This document shows positions 34,799 through 43,653 of a DNA stretch of 49,593 nucleotides, in pieces (within the stretch, counting starts at the first letter, position 1; each line of letters begins with the position of its first letter). The translations under genes and the position numbers were made by a program. The notes beneath the pieces are model-generated. The model saw only the letters and a list, made by a program, of their open reading frames with translations, searched no databases and was not told the DNA's origin. Origin of the DNA: Patescibacteria group bacterium (GTDB lineage: Bacteria > Patescibacteriota > Microgenomatia > UBA8517 > UBA10165); contig JBBTXW010000006.1 in NCBI GenBank assembly GCA_038062025.1, positions 1 to 49,593 on the forward strand, in the 5' to 3' direction.

Positions 34799-35451
34799 CT
34801 TTTGTATGGTACTATTTTTGCACGGACAATCAAGCGCCTTAGATAAGTACCCGGGGGAACGCAAGTAACTAGTGTTATATATGAGTTGTCATCTTTTTGC
34901 TCAAGAATTTGTAAAGCATCCGGCTTTACCTCAAACATCTCTTCAACTTTGAATGTGTAAGTTATCCCATCATACTCAACAAACAAATCTTCGCCTTTTT
35001 TGAGAGTTGGAAGATAGCTAAAAATTGTCATGTAGTTGTTTGGGTTGTAAAGCTGTAAGATCGTTGAGTGTCCAAAGATAACTGCGTTTCCAGGTTTTCC
35101 GGGGAGTGCTGTTCCGCCGAAATGAATGAGACTTTTTGTGAGGTCTTCACCTCCAACTTCAACAACTGCGTCTTTTATTTTCAACTTAGGGATTGAGAGT
35201 TTGTAATGTTTTATTTGGTAATTAACACTTGGAAGAGGATATCCATCAAACCAAGTTGAGGCTTTTGTGTAGTCGCGTGGCCCACTAGGTTTTGGTGTTG
35301 TATTAGAAACTGGGGACAAAAACTCTCTTCTTTCTAAGGTTGGGCTAACTAAGAGCTCATATTGGATAATGGGCATGAGAGCCGTAAAAGTTAGGATAAG
35401 GCCAACACAGATAAGAATTAAGGATAAAAATTTGACAGCACTTTTGGACAT
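34795..35451 (-). CDS. Sortase-family transpeptidase
   Basis: N-terminal TM segment, VIFGHS (His), ITLVTCVPPG (TLxTC Cys) and RLIVRA (Arg). Confidence 0.8.
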   Translation of the reverse strand: MSKSAVKFLSLILICVGLILTFTALMPIIQYELLVSPTLERREFLSPVSNTTPKPSGPRDYTKASTWFDGYPLPSVNYQIKHYKLSIPKLKIKDAVVEVGGEDLTKSLIHFGGTALPGKPGNAVIFGHSTILQLYNPNNYMTIFSYLPTLKKGEDLFVEYDGITYTFKVEEMFEVKPDALQILEQKDDNSYITLVTCVPPGTYLRRLIVRAKIVPYKR

Positions 35452-35453
35452 AT

Positions 35454-37571
35454 CTACTTGGCGATAACTTCAACTGAGATATTCTTACCCTGACGGGGAA
35501 GTGTACCCAAAGGTCCGGGGAATTTAAACTTGATTTTAATTTCTGCGCGTACAAAACCTGGAGTTGTTGAAAGGATGTTTCTTGCATCGGGTAAAGATTT
35601 GCCGGTTATTCTTTTTGTTAAATCTTGGGAATCTACTTGGGGTAGAAGATTTGCAGTAATTTTTACTTCATATTCGCCTTTGCCTTGAGGAACAGAAGAA
35701 ATTTGAATTTGATCTTCCTTCAGGGTAAATCCGTCTGGCAATCCCCCTTCCTTTTCGAGCAGTTCTTTTATGTGAGATTTTGAAACTGCAAAAAACTTTA
35801 CTTTTCCCGTCATTTTTACTGATAAGCTTTGTGCTTCATTACCTACTTTTGCTGAGTAATCTTCTTCTGTTACCACAATCCCTTCTTCTTGAGCGATTAA
35901 AATTTCTCCATCTTTAAGTTGGTTTTTCAGAGAGCTTTGGGCTTGGGACTCAAGTTCTTTTTTTGCTTCATCTGCGAGTTTTGAAATGTCATCTTTTGAG
36001 ACTGCTTGAACTTCTCTTGATACTCCGCCTGTTAAGGCTTTTTCATTTTTTGCCGTCATTGTTTCTGAGGATAAGGTGCCAATTTTAAAGGCGGTTCCCA
36101 CGGATAGGTTTGAGTCTGTTCCGATTGCGGAGGCAGTGATTGGGGCGCTTTCTGTGTTTTTGCCAAGCGAATCAGGCCCTGCGGAGCCTGAGGCAACTTT
36201 AACGTCTTTGTCAAGTGTAAACTTTAAGATCCCTGAAGAAAGTAAAGTTCCCTTGGGTAGAGTTGTTTGGGCGCCAACTCTATATATCGTCACTTCTCCC
36301 TTTGCCACGTCACCTACTAAAGCCGATCCTGTTGTGTCTTTGCTTTTAGATATTGTCACATTGGCTTCCAAATGGCGAGCAGAGAGAGTTTTTGGTTTTA
36401 TATCCAACTCTTTTTCGTATTTTTTCGGAGAGACATATATTGCAACTTTTGCTTCCGGCAAAAACCAATAAGCAAGACCTGATCCAAGAATTACAAGAGT
36501 GAGTAAGAGTGGAAGTAGAGATCTTCTGGAACCAAATGAGCCGCGAGACGAGAGAGTTGGAATTTTTATTTTTGAGAATAGTCTTGATAGTTGTGCTAGT
36601 GGTTTTGGGGCGGGAACTTGGGGCACTGAAACGGGAGGCACGGCAAACTCCCTTTCCTGAGCATCTTCGCCTTCTTTAAACCCAAATTCTTCCGCGGAGA
36701 CAGTTTTTACATTTTGATCTTTTGTAACTTCTGTTATCTCTGCCACTTCTTCCTCATCTATTTTCGCAGGTTCCACATCACTCTCCTCAACGGCTGCACT
36801 TTTCCCTGCAAGCATGGTTGCATTACCAACTTCTGCGCCTCCTGCTAAAGATATTGCTCGGGCGACGACGTCTTCGGGGAGAACTTCAACTTTTGGAGTG
36901 TGAAGAAAGCTTAAACCCTCCGCCTTTTCCCAATCGGTCTCCAAAAGATTGTCTTTTGTGCTTTGGATGTCTGCTGCTTTGTGGTTGTAAACTAAAATTC
37001 TTGTTGGGTATTGTTCAACTTTTGGAAGGCGGGTTAAACCCTCTTGGAGATCTGTGCCTGTTGAGATGCTTCTTCCGACTTCTGTTGTTCCCAAAACTTT
37101 TCCGTTCTGGACTAAGGTTACTTCCAAAAAATCTTCGGAGGAGCCAACAAGAATGACATTTGGCGGGGCGCCTTCTTGGGATTTTAATAAATGGACTATT
37201 GCTTCGGGAATAACCACAAATCCTGCGGGGGCGAGCTCTAGTTCTTTTGATAAGACTTTTAAGATTTCGACTGTGTCGCTTTTAATTTCTCCTCCTTCCA
37301 AATATGCCGGAGGGAGGCCAAAAACTACTTTTTTTGGTTCGGGGGAACCCTCGGGAAGATGACTTGCCGCATTTGAAAGCGAGCCGTCGGCTGCTTCTAT
37401 AAGAGAGGTTTTATCACCTTCTTGATAAGGAAACGCGCCGCCGTGGGAGACTATTTCTGCTTTCTCTCCAACAACTCGCCAGATTGCAGAATCAACCCAG
37501 TTTTTGCCCAAAACAAGGGTCCAAAAGTTTTCAGGATTCTCTTCGTTGTTTTTTAAAAATGGCAGGGACAT
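35454..37571 (-). CDS. Large membrane protein (705 aa), function unknown
   Basis: The N-terminal ~250 aa have an FtsA/PilM-like layout (weak, from memory). An acidic linker follows, then one TM segment (LLPLLLTLVILGSGLAYWFL) and a beta-rich C-terminal half. Confidence 0.6.
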   Translation of the reverse strand: MSLPFLKNNEENPENFWTLVLGKNWVDSAIWRVVGEKAEIVSHGGAFPYQEGDKTSLIEAADGSLSNAASHLPEGSPEPKKVVFGLPPAYLEGGEIKSDTVEILKVLSKELELAPAGFVVIPEAIVHLLKSQEGAPPNVILVGSSEDFLEVTLVQNGKVLGTTEVGRSISTGTDLQEGLTRLPKVEQYPTRILVYNHKAADIQSTKDNLLETDWEKAEGLSFLHTPKVEVLPEDVVARAISLAGGAEVGNATMLAGKSAAVEESDVEPAKIDEEEVAEITEVTKDQNVKTVSAEEFGFKEGEDAQEREFAVPPVSVPQVPAPKPLAQLSRLFSKIKIPTLSSRGSFGSRRSLLPLLLTLVILGSGLAYWFLPEAKVAIYVSPKKYEKELDIKPKTLSARHLEANVTISKSKDTTGSALVGDVAKGEVTIYRVGAQTTLPKGTLLSSGILKFTLDKDVKVASGSAGPDSLGKNTESAPITASAIGTDSNLSVGTAFKIGTLSSETMTAKNEKALTGGVSREVQAVSKDDISKLADEAKKELESQAQSSLKNQLKDGEILIAQEEGIVVTEEDYSAKVGNEAQSLSVKMTGKVKFFAVSKSHIKELLEKEGGLPDGFTLKEDQIQISSVPQGKGEYEVKITANLLPQVDSQDLTKRITGKSLPDARNILSTTPGFVRAEIKIKFKFPGPLGTLPRQGKNISVEVIAK

Positions 37572-37669
37572 GACAGGGAAATTAACCAGTTATCATTTAA
37601 TCAGTTAACAGTAAGTGGATCATTTAATTAATTGATCAATTGTTTAACTTATTGATAACTGGCTAATTG
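37572..37669. repeat. Low-complexity hairpin spacer between alaS and the 705-aa gene
   Basis: aattaaccagttatcatttaa ... cttattgataactggctaatt, with A/T-rich word repeats (cagttaac, ttaat). Confidence 0.55.
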
Positions 37670-39580
37670 TTAACTGATAACTTCAGCATAGATGCGCCTT
37701 ATTCCAGCGCCGGCCGATTCTTCTTTTATTATTCTAACATGCCCGATCGATCCTGTTGATTCAACGTGCGGGCCGCCGCAGAATTCGCGACTAAAAGGAG
37801 CGCCCCGCGGAGCCTCGTGCGAAGTGCGGCCTATTGTATAAACTGTAACTCGGTCACCGTATTTTTGACCGAAAGCACCTATTGCGCCTTGCTGGTATGC
37901 TTCTTCTCGCGTCATTTCTTGAGATGTCACTGGTATATCTTTATCTATTTGCTCATTAACTAAGTCTTCTACTTCTTTGAGTTGTTCCTCTGTTAGTTTT
38001 CCTGGATGAGAAAAATCAAATCGGAGGCGCTCGGCATTGATGTTTGAACCACGCTGTAAAACATGATCACCTAATGTTTGACGGAGAGCGGCATGTAAAA
38101 GGTGTGTTGCGGTGTGGTACTTGGTTTCTGTTTCTCCGGTTGATGCAAGTCCCCCCTTAAACATTCCAGCTACGCTAGCGCGGGATACATCTTGGTGTTG
38201 TTGAGAGAAAATATGGAAAGTTTTATCGAACTCTTCTCTATTAAATTCATTTCCGAGTTTGGCTTCTGCGATGGAAACTGTGCCTTGTGAGCCCTGAGCT
38301 GGGAAACCCAGTGTTGACTGTGCATCAAAAGCAACAGAACCAGCTGCTACTGACGGAAGTGATGTAAAGCGATTTTTTTCTATTAAGCTGCTAAAGTCTG
38401 GTGTTCCGAAATATTTTTTGGAATTTTGGGCAAGCACTTGTTTACTTGCAACCTCGTCTGTTGATACTAAAGGTTCAACCTTTGGAGCGTTGCTGTGAAT
38501 TATCTCTCCGTATTTCTCTAATTCACTCTTAATAGTGTTGAGGGTATTATTGTCGAATTCGTAGATCCCATTGAATGTCTCTTTATAGTGGCTAAGTGCT
38601 TTCTCCCACCAGATCACAGCTTCCGTATGTGCCACATCATGAAACAAGAGTGTTAACTGGTCGTTGGCTCTTCTAATAAGTCTCCTCAGGATATAATCCC
38701 TTTCTTTTTGCCCTGGTCTAATTCCTTCTCTTATTAAGAAGAATGAGGCGCGGGAGTGATCTAGAAATATTCTCACTCTTTGATTCCCGACCACGTTCAT
38801 TTTTGCCTTGGCACTATCTTTAATCTCCTCATAAAGTTCGAAAAACAGATCTGTTTCATAGACATTTGTTTTTCCTTGTACTACTGTTGTGGTTCTTTCA
38901 ACTCCAATCCCTGTATCTACATTTCTTTGTTTGAGGGGTTCAAAATTCCCATCTTGAGCTTTGTTATATTCCATAAATACGTTATTCCAGACCTCAACCC
39001 AAAGAGGATTTGTGTCGGGAGATTTTTTAGGTTCACCCTCCCCAGTCCAGAAGAAAATTTCTGAGTCTGGGCCACAAGGACCAGAGTCCCCGACAGGACC
39101 CCACCAATTGTCTTTTTTTCCTAAAGGAAAGATTCTATTTTTCGCAATTCCAAGACTCTTCCAGATTTCTATTGATTCTTCGTCTCGAGGTGCATCAGAA
39201 TCCCCTGCAAATACTGTAACTGCAAGTTTTTCTTTTGGAAGATTTAATTCTTCTGTTAAAAATTCTAAACTCCACTTTAGGGAATCTGTTTTCCAATAAT
39301 CACCCAAGGACCAGTTCCCCATCATTTCTAAAAAGGTGTTGTGGGTATTATCCCCGACCTCATCTATGTCATCAGTTCGCAAACACGGTTGGATATCAAC
39401 AAGCCTCTTTCCTTCTGGGTGTGGTTCTCCAAGAAGATATGGAACTAAAGGTTGCATACCGGCGGTTGTAAAAAGCGTCGTTGGATCGTCTTTGGGAATT
39501 AAAGGGGCGGGCGGGATAATTTTGTGCCCGCGAGCCTGAAAGAATTTCAAATATTTCTCGCGGATTTCTCGGGAGGTCAT
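37670..39580 (-). CDS. alaS: Alanine--tRNA ligase (short form lacking the C-Ala domain)
   Basis: REKYLKFFQARGH...TTAGMQP, plus editing-domain motifs HTATHLLHAALR and CGGPHV. 636 aa. Confidence 0.93.
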   Translation of the reverse strand: MTSREIREKYLKFFQARGHKIIPPAPLIPKDDPTTLFTTAGMQPLVPYLLGEPHPEGKRLVDIQPCLRTDDIDEVGDNTHNTFLEMMGNWSLGDYWKTDSLKWSLEFLTEELNLPKEKLAVTVFAGDSDAPRDEESIEIWKSLGIAKNRIFPLGKKDNWWGPVGDSGPCGPDSEIFFWTGEGEPKKSPDTNPLWVEVWNNVFMEYNKAQDGNFEPLKQRNVDTGIGVERTTTVVQGKTNVYETDLFFELYEEIKDSAKAKMNVVGNQRVRIFLDHSRASFFLIREGIRPGQKERDYILRRLIRRANDQLTLLFHDVAHTEAVIWWEKALSHYKETFNGIYEFDNNTLNTIKSELEKYGEIIHSNAPKVEPLVSTDEVASKQVLAQNSKKYFGTPDFSSLIEKNRFTSLPSVAAGSVAFDAQSTLGFPAQGSQGTVSIAEAKLGNEFNREEFDKTFHIFSQQHQDVSRASVAGMFKGGLASTGETETKYHTATHLLHAALRQTLGDHVLQRGSNINAERLRFDFSHPGKLTEEQLKEVEDLVNEQIDKDIPVTSQEMTREEAYQQGAIGAFGQKYGDRVTVYTIGRTSHEAPRGAPFSREFCGGPHVESTGSIGHVRIIKEESAGAGIRRIYAEVIS

Positions 39581-39606
39581 GTGAGGCTATTGTAGCAGAA
39601 AGGAGA

Positions 39607-39810
39607 TTAGTTGGTGTATGTTTTCCACTCTGTAGCTTGGTCGCTTGCTTGAGTTGGAGTTGTGGAAACTTGTGCGCCAGGGGCCGGGGGAGTTTGTTTT
39701 AGAGAAAAACCACCCTTCCCGTAAAAATAAGCACCTGTGCCGACTGCAATTAAAGCAATTGCAAAGAGAAGAATTATTCCTATATTTCCGCGCTGGGGTT
39801 TGTTGTTCAC
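39607..39810 (-). CDS. Small membrane-anchored protein, possibly a 5' remnant of a secreted protein
   Basis: TM segment plus a P/T/Q-rich linker, ending ...TEWKTYTN* just before the alaS promoter region. Confidence 0.4.
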   Translation of the reverse strand: MNNKPQRGNIGIILLFAIALIAVGTGAYFYGKGGFSLKQTPPAPGAQVSTTPTQASDQATEWKTYTN

Positions 39811-39814
39811 TTGC

Positions 39815-40162
39815 TTACTGGCTTTCTATGTCTAAGACTGCTTTTAAGGCAATTTCCACTTCAGACATTTTTTCATCGTTGATTTTTCCTACTTTTTCTA
39901 CTAAGCGCTTTCTATCGATGGATCTGATTTCTGTGGTTAAGATTTCAGACTCTTGTTTAACTCCCGACTCTTTCCCGATAGCTACTTTTTCTATACCGGG
40001 ATAATACACTTTTGTAGTTATGGGGATAGCCACAATTTTTGGCCAGTAAGAGTTGATTGTGTTATTGGAGATAATCAAAACTGGCCTTTTTTTTCTAATT
40101 TCTGTGCCAAAGCCGGGATCTAAATTTGCGATCCATATTTCGCCCCGTTTTATTCTGGCCAT
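39815..40162 (-). CDS. mazF: MazF/PemK-family endoribonuclease toxin
   Basis: RGEIWIANLDPGFGTEIRKKRPVLIISNN is MazF/PemK-like. Confidence 0.85.
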   Translation of the reverse strand: MARIKRGEIWIANLDPGFGTEIRKKRPVLIISNNTINSYWPKIVAIPITTKVYYPGIEKVAIGKESGVKQESEILTTEIRSIDRKRLVEKVGKINDEKMSEVEIALKAVLDIESQ

Positions 40163-40383
40163 GACTCAAGGTCAATTGCCTCCCATTCTTTGTTAACTTC
40201 TCTATAAAGTTTAGCATTAGCTTTGTAGCTTTTTATCAATTCCTTTTTAAGGTTTTTTTTTCTATTAAGCTTACCTTGAACAGCCACTGCAATGAAGCGA
40301 CTACGACTGCGTGAAGGAATTTCTCTCCTTAGCTGGTTTGCTAGCTTTGTAGGAACAGTTATGTTTATTCTTTGATATTGCAT
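40150..40383 (-). CDS. Ribbon-helix-helix (CopG/MazE-like) antitoxin
   Basis: Start set at MQYQRINITVPTKLANQLRRE (ATG at 40383). 13-nt overlap with mazF. Confidence 0.7.
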   Translation of the reverse strand: MQYQRINITVPTKLANQLRREIPSRSRSRFIAVAVQGKLNRKKNLKKELIKSYKANAKLYREVNKEWEAIDLESWPE

Positions 40384-40392
40384 TACACACTG

Positions 40393-40421
40393 ATAATACA
40401 TACTGGGGGTTGATTTGTCAA
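40393..40421 (-). promoter_or_regulatory. Promoter of the RHH-mazF operon (TTGACA-17-TATTAT), with the ATG 9 nt after the -10
   Basis: -35 at 40421..40416, -10 at 40398..40393, ATG at 40383..40381. Confidence 0.55.
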
Positions 40422-40840
40422 GAAGTTAATGGTTTGCCGGCGCGGTGGAAGAATCTTCTTCCTTGCTCTTGGACTCTATGGATTGGATGTTTTACTCCCT
40501 CTTTAATTAAAGCCCTTGCTCTTTCTTCAACTGATGGTTCCTCTTGGATGGTTTCTACAAAAGCTTCTTCTTTTTTGACAAAATGGGAAACGAGACCTGA
40601 GAGGGTTTTTACGTCTGAAAGATGCCCTATATCTTTTACCCCCTCAACAAAATGTCTTAAGCCCTCAATTGGACGTGTGACAGAGTTTGTTAAAACATGT
40701 GCATCGTCCAATAATTTATTTGCGCGATCTATGGTTTTTTGAACATTTCTGAGAATCAAGAAAACCTGAACGCCTACTGCAACAAGAAGGCCAGTTAGGA
40801 TTGTTACGGTTACAAAGAGGAGAATTTGGACAGGATCCAT
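40418..40840 (-). CDS. DUF948-like membrane protein
   Basis: Start set at MDPVQILLFVTVTILTGLLVAVGVQVFLILRNVQKTIDRANKLLDD. One TM segment followed by helical repeats. Confidence 0.45.
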   Translation of the reverse strand: MDPVQILLFVTVTILTGLLVAVGVQVFLILRNVQKTIDRANKLLDDAHVLTNSVTRPIEGLRHFVEGVKDIGHLSDVKTLSGLVSHFVKKEEAFVETIQEEPSVEERARALIKEGVKHPIHRVQEQGRRFFHRAGKPLTS

Positions 40841-40895
40841 GACCAATTGACGATACCATAGAAATTCTTGGAGAGTCAATTGGAATTTTTAGTTT

Positions 40896-41504
40896 TTAAT
40901 TTGTAATTTTTAATTCTTTTGTTGTGCTTTTGCCGGAGCGGGAGGTGGATTTTATTTCTACTTTATCTCCGAGCTCGGCTTTATCAAAAGATACTGAGAA
41001 TGTTCCATTTTTTTCAAGTAGTATCGCGCGGCGATTTACCTCCAAAGTTGCGCTAGGGGAAGTTTTTCCAGATACAACAATTTCGTTTCCTCTTGGAGCT
41101 ATATCAACTTTTAAAGACGGCGGGGCGACAAAAAGAAAATATTGTCTTGCTAAATACCCTGCAACAAGGAGAACCACAAAAACTGCTGACGCAACTATTG
41201 TATTTTGTGGAGTCCAGATTGTTCGGCCTCCGAGAGGAAGTTCTTTTTCTCTTCTTGCAAACGGGCTTGGGGGGAATTCGCGTCGAACCAAGGCCCCCAC
41301 TCTTTCATTGTCCACCCCAATCACATTTGCGAAACTTCTGACAAAGCCTGAGGCAACGGTTAGGTTTGGCAGCTCTTCCCAATTAGATTCTTCCAGGGCT
41401 ACAAGGAACTTCTCCTTTATCTTCGTTTCCCTTGCAATTTTTTCAATAGACCAGCCGCGAGATTCGCGGGCATCTTTTAGGATTTGGCCGACAGTTTGCA
41501 TCAC
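40896..41504 (-). CDS. RodZ-like HTH membrane protein
   Basis: N-terminal HTH (VGQILKDARESRGWSIEKIARETKIKEKFLVALEE), one TM segment and a C-terminal beta domain. Confidence 0.65.
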   Translation of the reverse strand: MMQTVGQILKDARESRGWSIEKIARETKIKEKFLVALEESNWEELPNLTVASGFVRSFANVIGVDNERVGALVRREFPPSPFARREKELPLGGRTIWTPQNTIVASAVFVVLLVAGYLARQYFLFVAPPSLKVDIAPRGNEIVVSGKTSPSATLEVNRRAILLEKNGTFSVSFDKAELGDKVEIKSTSRSGKSTTKELKITN

Positions 41505-43570
41505 TAGTTTGCGCTTTGCGCAAGAAACTCTTCCGGGTTTGAAATTAGCACTTCTCTTGGTTTTGAGCCTTCTGCTCTCCCTACAACGCCTGCATACTCA
41601 AGTTGGTCAAGAAGACGGGCTGCACGGGCATAACCAATCGAGAGTCTTCGTTGCATAAGGGAGGCTGAGGCCTTGTCCATATTACAAACGATTCTCACAG
41701 CATCGGAAAAAAGCTCATCCCGATCTTCCAAACTTGTGCTACCGAATCCGCTACCACCTTTTGGCGGCATACTGGTCACTTCCTCGGTATATTGAGGTGT
41801 AACCCCATTCTTCCTTAAGAATTCGATTAGGCGATTTGTATCGCTGTCTGCAACGTAGGCTCCTTGGATACGACGGGGGCGCGCCTCATCTGGTGGAAGA
41901 TAGAGCATGTCACCCCGCCCCAGAAGCTTTTCTGCACCTGGAGTATCAAGGATAACCCGAGAGTCTACAAGAGAAGACACTGCAAATGCGATACGAGCCG
42001 GAATATTTGCTTTAATAAGTCCAGTTAAAACATCAACTGATGGCCTTTGGGTAGCAATCAACATGTGGATTCCAGTTGCGCGGGACATCTGGGCAAGACG
42101 GGTAATTGAGTCTTCAACTTCGGCAGGAGACAGAAGCATGATGTCTGCCAGCTCGTCAACTACTAAAACGATATAAGGAAGAGCCTGAAATCCTGACATT
42201 TCGTTATAGCTTTGGATGTTTCGAGCTCCAACCTCTGCAAACATTTTGTATCGGTTGTCCATCTCGGCAGTTAGATATTTAAGGGCAGAAATTACTTTGT
42301 CTGCTTCTGTTATGACCGGGGCCAAAAGATGCGGGATTCCATTAAACTGGGTAAACTCAACGCGTTTTGGGTCAACAAGAATAAATTTAACTTCTGCTGG
42401 GGATGCTCGGAAAAGAATTGATGCTAAAAACGAATTCAGAGCGATAGATTTTCCGGATCCTGTTTGACCTGCAATTAATGAATGGGGCATTTTTGCAAGG
42501 TCTGCAATCATTGGTTTTCCTGAGACATCAAGTCCTAATGCGACTGCAAGTTTTGATTTAGACTCGCGCATTACATCCGATTCCAATACCCCGCGCAAAG
42601 TTACGAACTCAGGAGATCGGTTTGGAAGTTCTATTCCGACTAAAGAGCGGCCGGGAATTGGAGCCTCAATACGAATTTGGCCGGAAGGAGCAGCAAGAGC
42701 TAAAGCTAAATCGTTTGAAAGATTGGTAATTCTTGATAGTTTTGTACCAAGGGCAACTTCGATTGCGTATTGAGTAACCGCAGGTCCGAGGTTTACTTCT
42801 ACAACCTTGGATTTAACGCCAAAAGACTCTAGCGTCCGCTCAATTATGTCTGCATTTGCTTTAATATCTCCGCGGTCTGCTTTGCCTGAGTGGGTATCAG
42901 AAAGCAAAGAAAGAGGGGGGTAGTCCCAAATTCCTGGTTGGCCGGGAATATTGACTGCGGGGGCAATTGCCTCTTTTTGGAGAACTCCGGGTTTTGCGTT
43001 CTGGGTTTGGTTTCCTCCGGTTACTTTGATATCTTTGCCGACATTTAGATTAAAAGCTTTGGAGTTTTGAGTTCCTAAAATTCTGTGACGAAGAGAAATC
43101 AACATTGAGATAAAGAAAGAGACTATGCGGTCAAGGGAGGTGTTGAAAAGAATTAAAAGGCCGATTACTGCACCACCCAAGAAAACTACAGCTGCACCAA
43201 AGGAGGTAATAAGGCTTGCAACTCCTGCCCAAATTTCGTCCCCTAGTTTTCCAGCTTGAGTTAAGCCTGCGGCGCAGAGGGCGAAAATTACCCCTCCCAT
43301 AAGAACTGTTGGATTACTTAGAGGAGTTTTTAATTTTGAGAGCATTAATCCTGAGACAATAAGGAAGAATGGGATAAAAAGTGAGGTCCAAGAAAAGTAG
43401 TCTGTAAAAAACTTGTTGATTGAGTAGAGGATTAGACCCTGGCGGGAAAATGAAACAATAATTAAGCCTGCAAGTGCAAAGCACAAAATTTGTGTAATTG
43501 AAACTACTGTATGTTTCTTAAGTTTTAGGTTGAAAGAGCTTTTTAACAAAGATCTTCTTCGTCTGGGCAT
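41504..43570 (-). CDS. ftsK: DNA translocase FtsK/SpoIIIE
   Basis: N-terminal TM segments, Walker A GQTGSGKS, and a gamma wHTH domain (LMQRRLSIGYARAARLLDQLE). Confidence 0.93.
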   Translation of the reverse strand: MPRRRRSLLKSSFNLKLKKHTVVSITQILCFALAGLIIVSFSRQGLILYSINKFFTDYFSWTSLFIPFFLIVSGLMLSKLKTPLSNPTVLMGGVIFALCAAGLTQAGKLGDEIWAGVASLITSFGAAVVFLGGAVIGLLILFNTSLDRIVSFFISMLISLRHRILGTQNSKAFNLNVGKDIKVTGGNQTQNAKPGVLQKEAIAPAVNIPGQPGIWDYPPLSLLSDTHSGKADRGDIKANADIIERTLESFGVKSKVVEVNLGPAVTQYAIEVALGTKLSRITNLSNDLALALAAPSGQIRIEAPIPGRSLVGIELPNRSPEFVTLRGVLESDVMRESKSKLAVALGLDVSGKPMIADLAKMPHSLIAGQTGSGKSIALNSFLASILFRASPAEVKFILVDPKRVEFTQFNGIPHLLAPVITEADKVISALKYLTAEMDNRYKMFAEVGARNIQSYNEMSGFQALPYIVLVVDELADIMLLSPAEVEDSITRLAQMSRATGIHMLIATQRPSVDVLTGLIKANIPARIAFAVSSLVDSRVILDTPGAEKLLGRGDMLYLPPDEARPRRIQGAYVADSDTNRLIEFLRKNGVTPQYTEEVTSMPPKGGSGFGSTSLEDRDELFSDAVRIVCNMDKASASLMQRRLSIGYARAARLLDQLEYAGVVGRAEGSKPREVLISNPEEFLAQSAN

Positions 43571-43579
43571 GGTGAATGG

Positions 43580-43646
43580 ATTGTATCACAAGTTTTCGCA
43601 CAATTGTGATCTAACTAATAGTACTATAGGTTGACTAGTTTGTCAA
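43580..43646 (-). promoter_or_regulatory. Two candidate ftsK promoters: distal TTGACA-17-TACTAT and proximal TGATACAAT 9 nt from the ATG
   Basis: Distal -35 at 43646..43641 and -10 at 43623..43618. Proximal -10 at 43585..43580 with TG at 43588..43587. An inverted repeat ATCACAA/TTGTGAT lies between them. Confidence 0.5.
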
Positions 43647-43653
43647 GTGTGGG

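Noticed and set aside
40924-41658. A 244-aa plus-strand ORF opposite the RodZ-like gene and the ftsK 3' end
   Set aside because: It is antisense to two genes with clear motifs (an HTH, and the FtsK gamma domain). Its translation is S/R/L-rich with no recognisable domain. Treated as a shadow ORF.
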